A stretch of 64,000 nucleotides of DNA from Bdellovibrionales bacterium (GCA_965200875.1 OZ241456.1:1472001-1536000); one strand, 5' to 3'. Shown: positions 1 to 10,700, numbered from the stretch's first letter. The notes: a model not told the origin generated them from the letters alone. Translations and numbers: made by a program.

Positions 1-730
1 GATGCCCGCGTGAACCATCCGCCAACACAGTTAACTTAGAGCGAATAAAAACAGGTTCCTGATAGGCAGAAGAAGGGGAACCATCTCTATTAAGACCAGC
101 CGGAAAAGTACTAACCCCTCTTACGAGGTCGTTTTCCGTAAGCAATTCATTAGCAGTAAAAGAAGTGAATAGGGTAATATCCAATTCTTCCGCTTTTTCT
201 GACATCCATCTTAAAACTTCACATAAAGAAGCTGTGTAAAAATTTTTATTTTTCATGGCAGGTGGCAGAGGAAGAGGATAAGAGTTTTGGGCAGTCAGAT
301 AAAACAATTTTTCTTTTTCCACTTTTTGCCGAAAAGGCAGGTCTGACATTGGCATATTGGGAAATAACTGCTTAAAAACCACTGGGTTGATGACAGCACC
401 AGAAAGAGAATGTCCACCGATACGGCTCGCTTTTTCCATCACTCCAATTTGAATATCAGGGTATTCTTTTTGACAAAGTTGTTTTAAGTGAATAGCACCA
501 CTCAGACCAGCTGGCCCTCCCCCCACGAACAACACATCCATATCCATAATGGCAGAGGCAGATGGAGCAGAAGAAAGAGGTCTGATTTTGGATGACCAGT
601 CAAACTGCTCCTGATATTTCTTAGGCTGAAAGGGTTTACCTAGTACTGTATTTGTGCTGGCACTGTTATCAGCTTGATTTTTGATATCAGTTTGGCTGAT
701 TTCATTGGAGGTTTCAGAAGAAAAGGACAT
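1..730 (-). CDS. Electron transfer flavoprotein-ubiquinone oxidoreductase, 5' part (runs off window start)
   Basis: Manual translation from ATG at 730 gives MDMDVLFVGGGPAGLSGAIHLKQL...GVMEKASRIGGHSLSGAVINP, the ETF-QO FAD-binding N-terminus. Absent from the ORF track because its stop lies outside the window. Confidence 0.9.
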   Translation of the reverse strand, partial: MSFSSETSNEISQTDIKNQADNSASTNTVLGKPFQPKKYQEQFDWSSKIRPLSSAPSASAIMDMDVLFVGGGPAGLSGAIHLKQLCQKEYPDIQIGVMEKASRIGGHSLSGAVINPVVFKQLFPNMPMSDLPFRQKVEKEKLFYLTAQNSYPLPLPPAMKNKNFYTASLCEVLRWMSEKAEELDITLFTSFTANELLTENDLVRGVSTFPAGLNRDGSPSSAYQEPVFIRSKLTVLADGSRGH

Positions 731-884
731 ATTATTCAGTTACCTACGAAGAAGTTTTTAATACACTACTTGGTTTTTTATAAAAGGTTCAAAAAATAAT
801 TGCAAGGAAAATTATTAAATGTTTTATTTTTTCCGGGAAAATAATTGCTCCTGAACAAAAGATAACATATTGTGATCACTTGAT

Positions 885-1472
885 TTATCGCTCACGAATA
901 TAATTTTCTAAAGCTCTTTGAACAGTCGGCGACAATTCTTGTAACTCCTGAAAGCTCAAGTTTTCATGTTCCGCCACTGTAATGTTGAACAGATGTTTTT
1001 TATTTTGTATTTCCCTAGGTAACACCCCTTGGTTTAATAACAAGCGAAACTCAAACATAAACTGCAATGTGTTCAAATGCTTTGAAGTTTCAAGAGCTGT
1101 CAGACCGTTACCCAAGAGGTTAAATAAGTCAGCACTGTCTTCCACTCCCTCCTGCCCTATTTTTTCCGCCAGATAAAGAAAATGCAGAGCCATCTTTAAA
1201 CGATCATAATCTTTTCTTAAACCTTCAAAGCACTTTAAAAACCAAGCCTGGCGCAGGAAATACAAAGAAGAGTTAGTGGATTTTTTGTATTCCACACCAA
1301 TAAAATGTCCAGGCTCCAACATTCCCCCCGTAAATCTTTTTTTACTTTTAACCGCTCCTTTGGCGATAAAGGAAACAAGCGCGCCTTTTTGATTTAAAGC
1401 TCGTATAATTAAATCGGATTCCCCAAAGCGAGTTTGTTTTAAAATGATCACTTTATCTTTATTAATGGACAC
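885..1472 (-). CDS. recO: DNA repair protein RecO
   Basis: IILKQTRFGESDLII...GALVSFIAKGAVKSKKRF is the RecO N-terminal OB fold. GTG at 1472 follows AAGGAG (ORF track extends to 1520). Confidence 0.88.
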   Translation of the reverse strand: MSINKDKVIILKQTRFGESDLIIRALNQKGALVSFIAKGAVKSKKRFTGGMLEPGHFIGVEYKKSTNSSLYFLRQAWFLKCFEGLRKDYDRLKMALHFLYLAEKIGQEGVEDSADLFNLLGNGLTALETSKHLNTLQFMFEFRLLLNQGVLPREIQNKKHLFNITVAEHENLSFQELQELSPTVQRALENYIRER

Positions 1473-3316
1473 AAAAGCTCCTTGGAAACAAGAAAAATTG
1501 TTAAAATCAAACATACCCATAAAAACACAGGATTAATATAATAACCCCAAGAGATAAATACACTGGACGGTTTTTTATCCTGGGAATAAACAGAAACTTC
1601 TTTAATCTGACTCCAGTTTTTGCCCAGAGTCTCGGAGATGAATATATCCCCTTTTGCAGAAACTACGGCAGATAAACCAGAGTTAGTTCCGCGAATCAAA
1701 GATCTGCGAACTTCTATAGCCCTACTTAAAGTCATGTACAAATGTTGATAAGGCTCCTGCCAGTTTCCAAACCAGGCATCATTGGAAACATTGACTAAAA
1801 TATCAGCACCTTTCTTTACTATTTCCCGCGAAAACCCATCAAACAAACCCTCATAACAAATTTGAAAACCCAAGTTATATTTATCAAGCCGTACAATCTT
1901 GTTTTCTCCAGTGCCAGGGCTGTAAAATCTGCTTTCTCCAAATAACCATTTATCTATAAAAGGAAACCAGTTTGCTCCTGGTGTGTATTCTCCAAAAGGC
2001 AAAAGCAAAGTTTTATTATAAGGGCTTTCGACGAGCCTGCCATCTTTATGAAAAACAAAAACGGAATTGGTGTATACCACACTTGATGAATTGTCTGCGG
2101 ATTTGTCTTTTGTGTTATCAGTCGAATAGTCAATCAAGTTCCCTAAAGTGTTTACTCCTTTGGCAGATATTATCAGAGGCACATTAAAAATACTGATCCT
2201 CTTTTGTACAGGATCCTGTTCTTTTTTCACTTTTGATACATCAATCCCGTATGGGTAAGCCCCTTCCGGCCATAAAATAAAATTGATTTTTTGATTTGGC
2301 AGGAGTGTGTGTGTTTTCTCCGTAAATGCTGTATTATTCTGCAAACCCACAACAGGTTCAGTGGTTAAAAAGTGCTTTGAAGTTTCCCGCAATACTTGTG
2401 ATAAGATATAATTATTATATTTTTCATCTTCCTGAATTTTATTTTTAATATTTGGTTGAACCATCAATACCTGAATTGTCTGATCAGGTTCAGGTAAGCG
2501 GTTTTTTAAATAAAGGCCATAAAAATTCAATGCTCCAAAAACCAAAGCCAAGAGCACCAAACTGTACAAAGTGGATTTCTTTAATTGCAGATATTGCATA
2601 AATATATATAAAAAAATCAGATTGAATAATAATATTAAGGTGTTCAAAAATTTGAAGCCCCATATTTCTGCGGTTTGACTGATCGGTAATTTTGCGTAAA
2701 ATAAAGTATATCCCAAGTGCCACTCAAATATCATGGGATAATACTCCGTACATAAAGCCAAATAAAGTGGGAGAAAAATTATACACGAGAGTCGCCCGGG
2801 AAAAAACCTGCATCCCACTCCTATGGATGAGCGATTTGTTTCTTCAACCCTAGTTTTGCGTGCTGTTGAGGACCAAAAAACTGGAAATTGCCAGCAGGAA
2901 GAAAGTATTTTTCGGAATATAAAATACAAAAAAAGGGAAAGGGGAATATGTAGATTAGCAATACTAGCAAAAAACAGGAACAAAAAAAAAGTATGTGGCC
3001 AAAAAGGAAACCCCATCTCCTGAAGAGCAAACGCCACCCAGTTGAATCCGATAAGTGTGACAACAAATTGACAAATCCAACCTCCTGTTATTAAGGGTTT
3101 TAATTTTTCCTGTTTTAAGGCGAAAAACCAAAGAGGGACATAACAAAAAAATACAGCCCAAGGAGGAAAAGGAATATAGCTTGTTCCTATTAACACCCCT
3201 GAAAGTAAAGGCCCTAGGAGATAATCACGAAGAGATTTTTTTTTCAATCTGCCCTGCCACAATTTATATGCCAGCTTGATGTCTTTCTTTATCGTCCACA
3301 CGAGATAAAACCCCAC
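1448..3316 (-). CDS. lnt: Apolipoprotein N-acyltransferase
   Basis: Multi-TM N-terminus and nitrilase-fold motifs WPE, YNKTLLLPFGEY, QICYE, NVSNDAWFG, RAIE. Start codon uncertain. Confidence 0.93.
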   Translation of the reverse strand: MGFYLVWTIKKDIKLAYKLWQGRLKKKSLRDYLLGPLLSGVLIGTSYIPFPPWAVFFCYVPLWFFALKQEKLKPLITGGWICQFVVTLIGFNWVAFALQEMGFPFWPHTFFLFLFFASIANLHIPLSLFLYFIFRKILSSCWQFPVFWSSTARKTRVEETNRSSIGVGCRFFPGRLSCIIFLPLYLALCTEYYPMIFEWHLGYTLFYAKLPISQTAEIWGFKFLNTLILLFNLIFLYIFMQYLQLKKSTLYSLVLLALVFGALNFYGLYLKNRLPEPDQTIQVLMVQPNIKNKIQEDEKYNNYILSQVLRETSKHFLTTEPVVGLQNNTAFTEKTHTLLPNQKINFILWPEGAYPYGIDVSKVKKEQDPVQKRISIFNVPLIISAKGVNTLGNLIDYSTDNTKDKSADNSSSVVYTNSVFVFHKDGRLVESPYNKTLLLPFGEYTPGANWFPFIDKWLFGESRFYSPGTGENKIVRLDKYNLGFQICYEGLFDGFSREIVKKGADILVNVSNDAWFGNWQEPYQHLYMTLSRAIEVRRSLIRGTNSGLSAVVSAKGDIFISETLGKNWSQIKEVSVYSQDKKPSSVFISWGYYINPVFLWVCLILTIFLVSKELLCPLIKIK

Positions 3317-3788
3317 CTTTAAGGCTTTCTCTCTGGGCTAGGTATTTTATATCGTAAGTGAAAGGCGCGCCGTTAATGCCGGCAGTTTGCCACTCAGGCC
3401 CCATGCGAATCGCATCCACCGGGCAAGCTTCTTCACAAAATCCACAAAACACACAGCGCAAAATATCAATCTCGTACGCAATAGGATATTTTTCCACCTC
3501 TGGATCTTCGTGTTCGCTGGCCAGAATTTTGATGCAGTTGGCAGGGCAGTTTGTAGCGCATAACATACAGGCTGTGCATCGAAGAGAACCATCTTTTTTT
3601 ACAGTCAGAATGTGATTGCCTTTAAACCGGGGGCCATAAGAATAATGCTCTTCTGGATAATTTAAGGTGAGCATTTTGTTTTTTCCGAACAAATTGGAAA
3701 ACATTTTTTTGAAAGTAAAAGCTAACCCTTTCAATATCGCTGGAAGATACCACACGGTTGAGCTTTGTTTTCTCTGAACACGGCTCAT
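3264..3788 (-). CDS. nuoI: NADH-quinone oxidoreductase subunit I
   Basis: Two 4Fe-4S motifs CTACMLCATNCP and CVFCGFCEEACP; TLNYPEE. Confidence 0.95.
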   Translation of the reverse strand: MSRVQRKQSSTVWYLPAILKGLAFTFKKMFSNLFGKNKMLTLNYPEEHYSYGPRFKGNHILTVKKDGSLRCTACMLCATNCPANCIKILASEHEDPEVEKYPIAYEIDILRCVFCGFCEEACPVDAIRMGPEWQTAGINGAPFTYDIKYLAQRESLKGGVLSRVDDKERHQAGI

Positions 3789-5476
3789 AAAGATTTTTTC
3801 CTTTCAGTAAAATAATTTACTTTCATGGTGCTTAAAAAAGCCGGTTCTGATTGTATCAATTTTTCTTCTTTGAAAACAGTTACAGACTCAGAAAGAGAGA
3901 GAGCGGAAGATACAAACACCTGAACAGCTTTTACCTTTTGTTTAATGCCAGAGAAATTTATGTAAGTTCCGGGTTTTTCAATACAGGTTTTTACAGGAAT
4001 CTGCCAAGTTTTTCGCAAATCAGAATCCGGAAGGGGATGAGCTGTCCACCAGATAATATTTTTACAACTCTTTTCAAAAGATTCCATTTTTTCTTTCAAA
4101 TCAGGATAAACTTGCTGGTTTTCCGGACCAGCCACCCAGAGAATGTCTATTTCTCTTTTTTTCAGCTGATCCAACAAATTTTCCAAAGGGTTAAGAGCTT
4201 CTTTTGCCTGTAAGACTTGTAATAATCCTTTGGTGTTGGGGTTTTTATCCCCTCGCAAAAGCAAGCCATCAAAATTATCAAAACTCTCAGGATTGTTTTT
4301 CCAATGATAAATGGAATTTTTTGTGCCTAAAAAATCCAGGAAAAAAGCTATTAAGTCTTCAAACTCCTCTGTAGTGTATTGAGCAGTTAGTATCAAGGCG
4401 TGGCTATAGCTTTTTTGATTTTTCCTTTCTATAAAAAGCTTTTTTATTCTTTTTAGAAAATCAACAGTGTGTTTTTTTTCAGCGGAGTTAAATAAAGGAT
4501 TTTTCGTACCCCCACCTAGGAAAGATTTTGACGAAGTTGACTGGCCGGTTTCAAAGCCTTGGTTCTGTGTATTCACTGGTAATGGAGTGCTACAATTTTG
4601 ATCGGAATTTTTATTTTCCATTGAAGGCTCAAGTGCCTGCAATAACCTCCCCTCTTTATTGGAAAGACCATATAATTCCCGGCCTTTGTCGCACATCCAG
4701 TGCCCGTTTACCTCCTGATTATAGCGAGGCTTTACTCTAAAAACACCCTCTTCGTTATAGTCTATTGTGATATTGCACCCTGTAGAGCAACCTGAACATA
4801 TCATATCCGCAGTCTTCAGGTACCACACTCTTTGACGAAAACGAAAACCTTTTGAGGTCAGAGCACCGACCGGACAAATATCCACTGTGTTTTCCGCATA
4901 ATCGTTTTCCAGAGGTTTGTCTTGAAAAACTCCTATTTCACTTTTGTCTCCCCGGTTGAAAATTCCCAGTTCAAAGGTCTTGCTCACTTCATCTGTAAAA
5001 CGCACGCACCGAGAACAGAGAATACATCTTTCCGAGTCCAACACAATTTTTGAACCCAGATCAATTACTTTTCTTTTCTTGACTTTTCTTTCGGCCATGT
5101 TGGGGCTATATTGCCCAAAACGCATATATTGCTCCTGTAATTCACATTCGCCGGCTTGATCACATATAGGACAGTCCAAGGGATGATTGACAAGATGAAA
5201 TTCCAACCCCCATCTAACGGCGGATTTTACTTTTTCCGATTGGTTACTGATCTTCATGCCTGCTTTTATTTCCGTGTTACAAGCAATTTGCAACTTGGGC
5301 GTGCCTTCAATTTCCACCATGCAAAGCCGACACACTCCAGCCACAGAAAGCCCAGGATGCCAACAGTAATGAGCAATCGGCTGATCCAGATTTTTGAAAG
5401 CTTGAATGATGCTGGTTCCTTCCTTCACTTCCACTTGCTGGTTGTTAATTTCACATTTTATTATTTTATCAGACAT
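3785..5476 (-). CDS. nuoG: NADH-quinone oxidoreductase subunit G (short form)
   Basis: HYCWHPGLSVAGVCRLCMVE, NHPLDCPICDQAGECELQ, RCILCSRCVRF. Likely start MSDKIIK at 5476. Confidence 0.92.
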   Translation of the reverse strand: MSDKIIKCEINNQQVEVKEGTSIIQAFKNLDQPIAHYCWHPGLSVAGVCRLCMVEIEGTPKLQIACNTEIKAGMKISNQSEKVKSAVRWGLEFHLVNHPLDCPICDQAGECELQEQYMRFGQYSPNMAERKVKKRKVIDLGSKIVLDSERCILCSRCVRFTDEVSKTFELGIFNRGDKSEIGVFQDKPLENDYAENTVDICPVGALTSKGFRFRQRVWYLKTADMICSGCSTGCNITIDYNEEGVFRVKPRYNQEVNGHWMCDKGRELYGLSNKEGRLLQALEPSMENKNSDQNCSTPLPVNTQNQGFETGQSTSSKSFLGGGTKNPLFNSAEKKHTVDFLKRIKKLFIERKNQKSYSHALILTAQYTTEEFEDLIAFFLDFLGTKNSIYHWKNNPESFDNFDGLLLRGDKNPNTKGLLQVLQAKEALNPLENLLDQLKKREIDILWVAGPENQQVYPDLKEKMESFEKSCKNIIWWTAHPLPDSDLRKTWQIPVKTCIEKPGTYINFSGIKQKVKAVQVFVSSALSLSESVTVFKEEKLIQSEPAFLSTMKVNYFTERKKSL

Positions 5477-5513
5477 GAATGTTCCCGACATTTTTCCCAT
5501 TAATTGGCTATGA

Positions 5514-5798
5514 TTACGCAACTTTTTTTAACAAATTCCATTTGTTTTTCAAAAACTCTTTTTCTTTTTCCAATTCACACAGCTGAGCTTTCATTTCATT
5601 CCATTCTTTGTATTTTTTGTTGGCTCTGAAAAAATATTTTCTATCTCCTGTTTGTTTGTAAAGTCGCCAGTCATTATCCGCTAACTTTTCTTTTCCTTCA
5701 ATATTTTCTTTCCATCTTTTAATTTCCACTCCCAAATCTTCAATTTCCTTTATTAACTGTTTTCTTTCTTTTTTGGATTGTCTTGTACTATCGAACAT
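5514..5798 (-). CDS. Small basic coiled-coil hypothetical protein inserted between nuoF and nuoG
   Basis: AAAGGAGAA precedes ATG at 5798; 94 aa, rich in K/E. Confidence 0.65.
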   Translation of the reverse strand: MFDSTRQSKKERKQLIKEIEDLGVEIKRWKENIEGKEKLADNDWRLYKQTGDRKYFFRANKKYKEWNEMKAQLCELEKEKEFLKNKWNLLKKVA

Positions 5799-5943
5799 AA
5801 ATTCTCCTTTCGTTTTTACAGAAGTTTGCCACCACAAGTGGACTGGAATCAAACCTGAAGAAAGTATAAAGCCACCCAGTAAAAATTACAACCATAAAGA
5901 TAATAACTTGCTAAAGAAGGCTTTATTCAAGCTGGTAAAAAAA

Positions 5944-7212
5944 TCATAAGGCCGGGCGGAGGCTTTGTTGACTTCTTATATGAGATTCAAACTCATCCCA
6001 AAATTTATTGACAAAGCTTAAGGCTGGGAGTGCCGCCGCATCTGAAAGAGCACATATTGTTTTTCCCATCATGTTTTCCGCAATGCCTTGAATCAACTTT
6101 AAATCCTGTATTCGGCCCCTGCCGTTTAAAATATCGTCAATAACTTTGGAAAGCCAACCGGTCCCCTCCCGACAAGGGGTGCATTGACCACAAGATTCAT
6201 GGTGATAAAATTTTTCAATAACGGAAAGCATATCCACCATAGAGCAAGAATCATCCATTACAATCACCGCACCTGAGCCAAGCATACTGCCCATCTCACT
6301 TAAACATTCAAAATCCATAAGGGCTTTTTCACATTCTTCAGCTGTCAGAACAGGAGCGGAAGAACCACCCGGAATAACCGCTTTCAGTGTGCGACCTTCT
6401 TTCAACCCGCCGGCGAGCTTAATCAGATCTTTTAAAGGGTAGCCTAGAGGCACTTCGTAATTTCCGGGTTTCCTCACGCATCCACTTACGGAAAAAAACT
6501 TGGTTCCTGGAGATTTTTCCGTTCCAATGGAGCGAAAAGCTTTTACTCCATCTCGTGCGATTGCCACCACCGCAGTCAGGGTTTCCACATTGTTTACGAT
6601 AGTGGGTTTTTCCAAATAACCCTTTACAGCCGGAAAAGGAGGTTTGAGCTTGGGTTGGCCTTTTTTGCCTTCTAAGGAGGAGATCATACCAGTTTCCTCT
6701 CCACAAATATATGCACCAGCTCCTACATAAATATCCATGTCATGGTGAAAACCAGTACTGCAAATATTTTTACCCAAGTAACCTGCAGAGTAAGACTCTT
6801 GAATGGCTTTTTCCAAAATGCGAATACAATTCTGATATTCTCCTCGAACATATATGTAGGATTTAGGGGATTGAATGGCATAAGCGGAAATAAGCATTCC
6901 TTCAATCATCTGATGAGGTGCTCTTTCCATAATCAGGCGATCTTTAAAAGTGCCTGGTTCGCCTTCATCCGCGTTGCAAAGGAGATACCGAGTCTCCCCA
7001 TTATCAGGCAAAAACCCCCACTTTACTCCTGTGGGAAAACCCGCCCCGCCACGACCTCTTAATCCTGAGTCCTTTACCATTTGGATAATCTCATCTGGTT
7101 TTTTTTCAGCAAAAACCGCCTTAAGAGTTTTATAGCCTCCAAAGGACTTATATCCTTCAAGGGATGAATATTCATCTTTATAATAGTGCTCACTTAACAG
7201 CTTATGTTCCAT
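5944..7212 (-). CDS. nuoF: NADH-quinone oxidoreductase subunit F
   Basis: SGLRGRGGAGFPTG, NADEGEPGTFKDR, GAGAYICGEET, ESCGQCTPCREG. Confidence 0.97.
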   Translation of the reverse strand: MEHKLLSEHYYKDEYSSLEGYKSFGGYKTLKAVFAEKKPDEIIQMVKDSGLRGRGGAGFPTGVKWGFLPDNGETRYLLCNADEGEPGTFKDRLIMERAPHQMIEGMLISAYAIQSPKSYIYVRGEYQNCIRILEKAIQESYSAGYLGKNICSTGFHHDMDIYVGAGAYICGEETGMISSLEGKKGQPKLKPPFPAVKGYLEKPTIVNNVETLTAVVAIARDGVKAFRSIGTEKSPGTKFFSVSGCVRKPGNYEVPLGYPLKDLIKLAGGLKEGRTLKAVIPGGSSAPVLTAEECEKALMDFECLSEMGSMLGSGAVIVMDDSCSMVDMLSVIEKFYHHESCGQCTPCREGTGWLSKVIDDILNGRGRIQDLKLIQGIAENMMGKTICALSDAAALPALSFVNKFWDEFESHIRSQQSLRPAL

Positions 7213-7226
7213 ATTGATACCTCTTT

Positions 7227-7754
7227 TTATCCCGTTGATTCTTTTTTGTCCGGGGTTTGCGGAATCAGCTTGTTTATTTCCTCCACCACGGTCTCTTTTT
7301 TTAAAGGGCCAATGTATTTATCGTTCACCTGGGCCATAGGGGCTATGTCACAAGCTCCAAGACATTCCACCCGGTTTATGGTCACCATGCCATCCGCGCT
7401 CATCTCCCCTTCTTTTACCTTAAAACTTTCACATAAGTGTTCTGCCAGCTCCCGGCCTCCGTTTATGGCGCAGGAAAGATTGCAACATACCTGAATATGG
7501 AGTTTCCCCACAGGATGAGTGTTATACATGGTATAAAAGGAAAGAGCTTCGTTAATATATGCTGTGGGAATATCCATCACTTGGCTTAAGTGGGAAATAG
7601 CCTCCGGCGAAACCCAACCTCCGTTTTCCTTTTGCACCCGATAAAGACAGGGTAAAACAGCCGATCGTTTGGTTTCGTAGCGAGTGATTTCTTTTTTTAC
7701 AAAAGCCAGCCCTTCTTCCGATAACTGAAACTTTTTTTTCGCAGATTCTTTCAT
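7227..7754 (-). CDS. nuoE: NADH-quinone oxidoreductase subunit E
   Basis: SFYTMY, VCCNLSC, VECLGAC 2Fe-2S motifs. Confidence 0.95.
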   Translation of the reverse strand: MKESAKKKFQLSEEGLAFVKKEITRYETKRSAVLPCLYRVQKENGGWVSPEAISHLSQVMDIPTAYINEALSFYTMYNTHPVGKLHIQVCCNLSCAINGGRELAEHLCESFKVKEGEMSADGMVTINRVECLGACDIAPMAQVNDKYIGPLKKETVVEEINKLIPQTPDKKESTG

Positions 7755-7775
7755 ATACTATCATTCCTGATTTTA

Positions 7776-9212
7776 TTACCCTGTTTTTGGTTTTTTCATA
7801 CCTTTCCGAGTTGAAATTTTCTGATCAGATTTTTCCCTATGCAAAGATAAACGTGGTGGGGTAGTGGTAGTAGTGGTGCACCGGCCCACACGATTTGATT
7901 CATCCGACACTTGTAAAGTTTTTAAAGGTCGCCTGACGGATGCAGTGGTTATACCACTTTTAATGGCGTTCATAATGCCGACTGCCTCCAAATAATTTTC
8001 CGCTTGAAAAAACTGGCCTTTATTCCACGGCAAATCTGTTAAGCTGTTTTTCATTAAATTTTTGTTTTCTCTTACGGAAATAACTTTTATACCCTGTTCT
8101 AAAGCAGAAAGGGTAGGAAGCCCCAAACAACTTTCCGGGATAATCAAACAAGAAATATCTTTGGCAGAAATAATATCATTGGAATACAATATATTTTGAT
8201 TCGTGATAATTTTTGGACTTTTGTGCAATCCTTTAAGCACACAATGAAAAAAAGCAGTGGAAACAGCCTCTGCTGACATTCTGGCATCCACAACTCCAGA
8301 ATCCATATTGGCCACTTCAGGAGATTCAAACATAGGGGAATGAGCAGACGGAACATTAAATTTATAGGACACAGCATGAGTGAGCATAGCCTCCACCCCG
8401 CCCCAAGGGTTTACCATATTTCCTTCACTTAAGAAGTAATCTTTATGGTAGTTTTTAGGAACTTTGATAACAGAAGAAATAGCGACAGCATCATAGCTAT
8501 TTTCATTTTGCCGTAAAATGGAAAACAAATTGTTTATATCCTCAACCACTCCAACAGCTCTCTTGGAAGACGAATATTTTGTCCTCATGGAAATTGTTGG
8601 AGATAATTTGACAATTTCCAGACAGTCAATACCAAGGGTCGCTCTTGCTGAGTTAATGGAGTTTACAGCTGTGTTTTCAAATATTTTGTGCTTATTGGCA
8701 GATATAACCGCCAGAATTTTATTGGCTCTTACAGGCTTTAACCCTATAGCACCCATCATAAGTCTGCAAATAGAACTACCCTCAACATACAAGCTGTTTT
8801 CCGGCATTTCATTAATATCTGAAGCATTAAAAACATTAGGATGAGTGATGAGAGTATCACAGGAGCTGGCCAACAACCTAGCAACCGGTGTTGCATCTCC
8901 GGCATGACCACCAATTTCAGCTCCAATTCCTGTGGGAACTAAAAAAACAACATTAAATTTTTTTGTGGTTTCAAATTGACGCTTTTCAAACTGAAAAAGA
9001 TTTTCCGCCTCCTCAAAACCACTTATATATTTTGTGTCCAAAACCGCCACTTCACACTTATATTTTGGGCCGAGGCTATCTGTAATGGCCAGTCTGACAG
9101 GAAAAAGCCCTTTTTTTTTCAGTAAGTTGGAAACCTCTTTTTTAATATGAATCAGCGGACTTTGATGGTTTTTCTCTTTTGGTATAAGAATTTCTTTTTC
9201 AAAAAATTGCAT
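7776..9212 (-). CDS. DUF3326 family protein with N-terminal extension
   Basis: VPTGIGAEIGGHAGDA...LITHPNVFNASD...LYVEG and NPWGGVEAMLTH match DUF3326 as I recall it. Likely start MQFFEKE at 9212. Confidence 0.8.
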   Translation of the reverse strand: MQFFEKEILIPKEKNHQSPLIHIKKEVSNLLKKKGLFPVRLAITDSLGPKYKCEVAVLDTKYISGFEEAENLFQFEKRQFETTKKFNVVFLVPTGIGAEIGGHAGDATPVARLLASSCDTLITHPNVFNASDINEMPENSLYVEGSSICRLMMGAIGLKPVRANKILAVISANKHKIFENTAVNSINSARATLGIDCLEIVKLSPTISMRTKYSSSKRAVGVVEDINNLFSILRQNENSYDAVAISSVIKVPKNYHKDYFLSEGNMVNPWGGVEAMLTHAVSYKFNVPSAHSPMFESPEVANMDSGVVDARMSAEAVSTAFFHCVLKGLHKSPKIITNQNILYSNDIISAKDISCLIIPESCLGLPTLSALEQGIKVISVRENKNLMKNSLTDLPWNKGQFFQAENYLEAVGIMNAIKSGITTASVRRPLKTLQVSDESNRVGRCTTTTTTPPRLSLHREKSDQKISTRKGMKKPKTG

Positions 9213-9219
9213 GAAACAT

Positions 9220-10575
9220 TTACCTTCCACAGTGGTTCATATAGTCGTCAAAAGTATAGCTTTTTACTTTTCTTAACTCAATATTGTTTTCTAGGCAATA
9301 AATATCAGGCAGGTTTATCCCATTAAACATATTGGCTTTTACAAGAGAATAACTGCCTACTTTGTGAAATACGACTTTTGAACCCATTTTAAGCGGGTTT
9401 TTAAAAAAATAAGTTCCAAAAATATCTCCCGCTAGGCAACTACAGCCCGCCAATATATACTTATAAGCCCTATCCTTCTTATTCTCAAAGACTTTTGTTG
9501 ATTTGTCCTCTTCGCCTTGTGGGCAGACTTGGTTTAGCACATCAGGTTGGTATTGATACTCAAACACTTCTGGCAGGTGGTTGGTTGTGGTGTCTAAAAC
9601 AGCAATATTTTCCCCATCTCTTTTAAAGATATCTATCACTGAAGAAATAAGATAAACACTATCTCTTACCAAAGAAGAACCTGGCTCTATTATAATATGT
9701 TTAAATTGATATTTCTTTTTAAGATACTGTATTAATTCGTAAAACTGAGATAAATTTTTCTCAGTGTTAAAAATATATCCTCCTCCCAGATTGATCCACT
9801 GAAACTGTTTAAAATATTGGCTGAGATAAGATTCTGTTTTTTTGAAAGTTTTTTTGAGTTCGGAAAAATTATGACTGTCACAATTATTATGAAAATGCAG
9901 TCCCTCTAAAGAGTTTTTAGAATTTAAACTATTTGAAGCACTCAGAAATTGTGCTATCTCCTTAAGGGGCACTCCCAGTTTTGAAGATTTTTTACAAGGG
10001 TTATAGCGGGTATCTTTAATAAAGGACAGCTCAGGGTTTAAGCGGATTCCATAGCTTATATGAGGATACAGTTTATCTTTAAAGCGAGAAAACTGTTCCA
10101 AAGAATTAAAGGTCATAAAATGAATATGTTTGGAAATATCGTCCCACTGGCTGGCTTTTATCCCGGGGCTTACAAAATGAATGGTATGTCGCTTATGGCT
10201 TTTATACTGAGTTTTTGTTTGCAACGAGGTTAAAGATTCCTCCAAAGGTTTTTCCGTTAAATTGGGTTTTTGTTTTATACCGGCCTTTTTTGAATTTTCC
10301 TCAGAAATCACAGACAAAGAATCATACTCTTTTGACATATAGTCAGCAAGCCGGGTTTCAAATACAGAGCTTACAGAAAAGCCTGTAACATATTTTGTAA
10401 TTTCTTTTAAAAGTTCTATATGTGAAAGAGATTTAACAGAGTAAATTAATTTAACATTTACCTGTTCTGAGATTTTTTTATGAATGGCCAGTCTGTTTTT
10501 TAAAATTTCTTTATCAAACAGAAAATAAGGAGTATCAACCGGCAGATGATTTTCATTTATCAGTTTGTCAATCAT
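9220..10575 (-). CDS. Carboxynorspermidine/diaminopimelate decarboxylase family PLP enzyme (NspC-like)
   Basis: YSVKS, GIRLNPE...YNPCKKSSKLGV, GLHFH, WINLGGGY, EPG, HLPEVFEY, AGCSCLAGDIFG, FNGINLPDI. Likely start MIDKL at 10575. Confidence 0.85.
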   Translation of the reverse strand: MIDKLINENHLPVDTPYFLFDKEILKNRLAIHKKISEQVNVKLIYSVKSLSHIELLKEITKYVTGFSVSSVFETRLADYMSKEYDSLSVISEENSKKAGIKQKPNLTEKPLEESLTSLQTKTQYKSHKRHTIHFVSPGIKASQWDDISKHIHFMTFNSLEQFSRFKDKLYPHISYGIRLNPELSFIKDTRYNPCKKSSKLGVPLKEIAQFLSASNSLNSKNSLEGLHFHNNCDSHNFSELKKTFKKTESYLSQYFKQFQWINLGGGYIFNTEKNLSQFYELIQYLKKKYQFKHIIIEPGSSLVRDSVYLISSVIDIFKRDGENIAVLDTTTNHLPEVFEYQYQPDVLNQVCPQGEEDKSTKVFENKKDRAYKYILAGCSCLAGDIFGTYFFKNPLKMGSKVVFHKVGSYSLVKANMFNGINLPDIYCLENNIELRKVKSYTFDDYMNHCGR

Positions 10576-10700
10576 TATTGGTTTCCACTTGGTGCATCTA
10601 CTCCCTCTTACTTTGTACGGAAATGTTTCATCCTTTTTCATAAAACTGAAAAGCCAAGTTGTTGGCTTTTCAGTCCCGTGAAATCGATGAAATATCAAAA

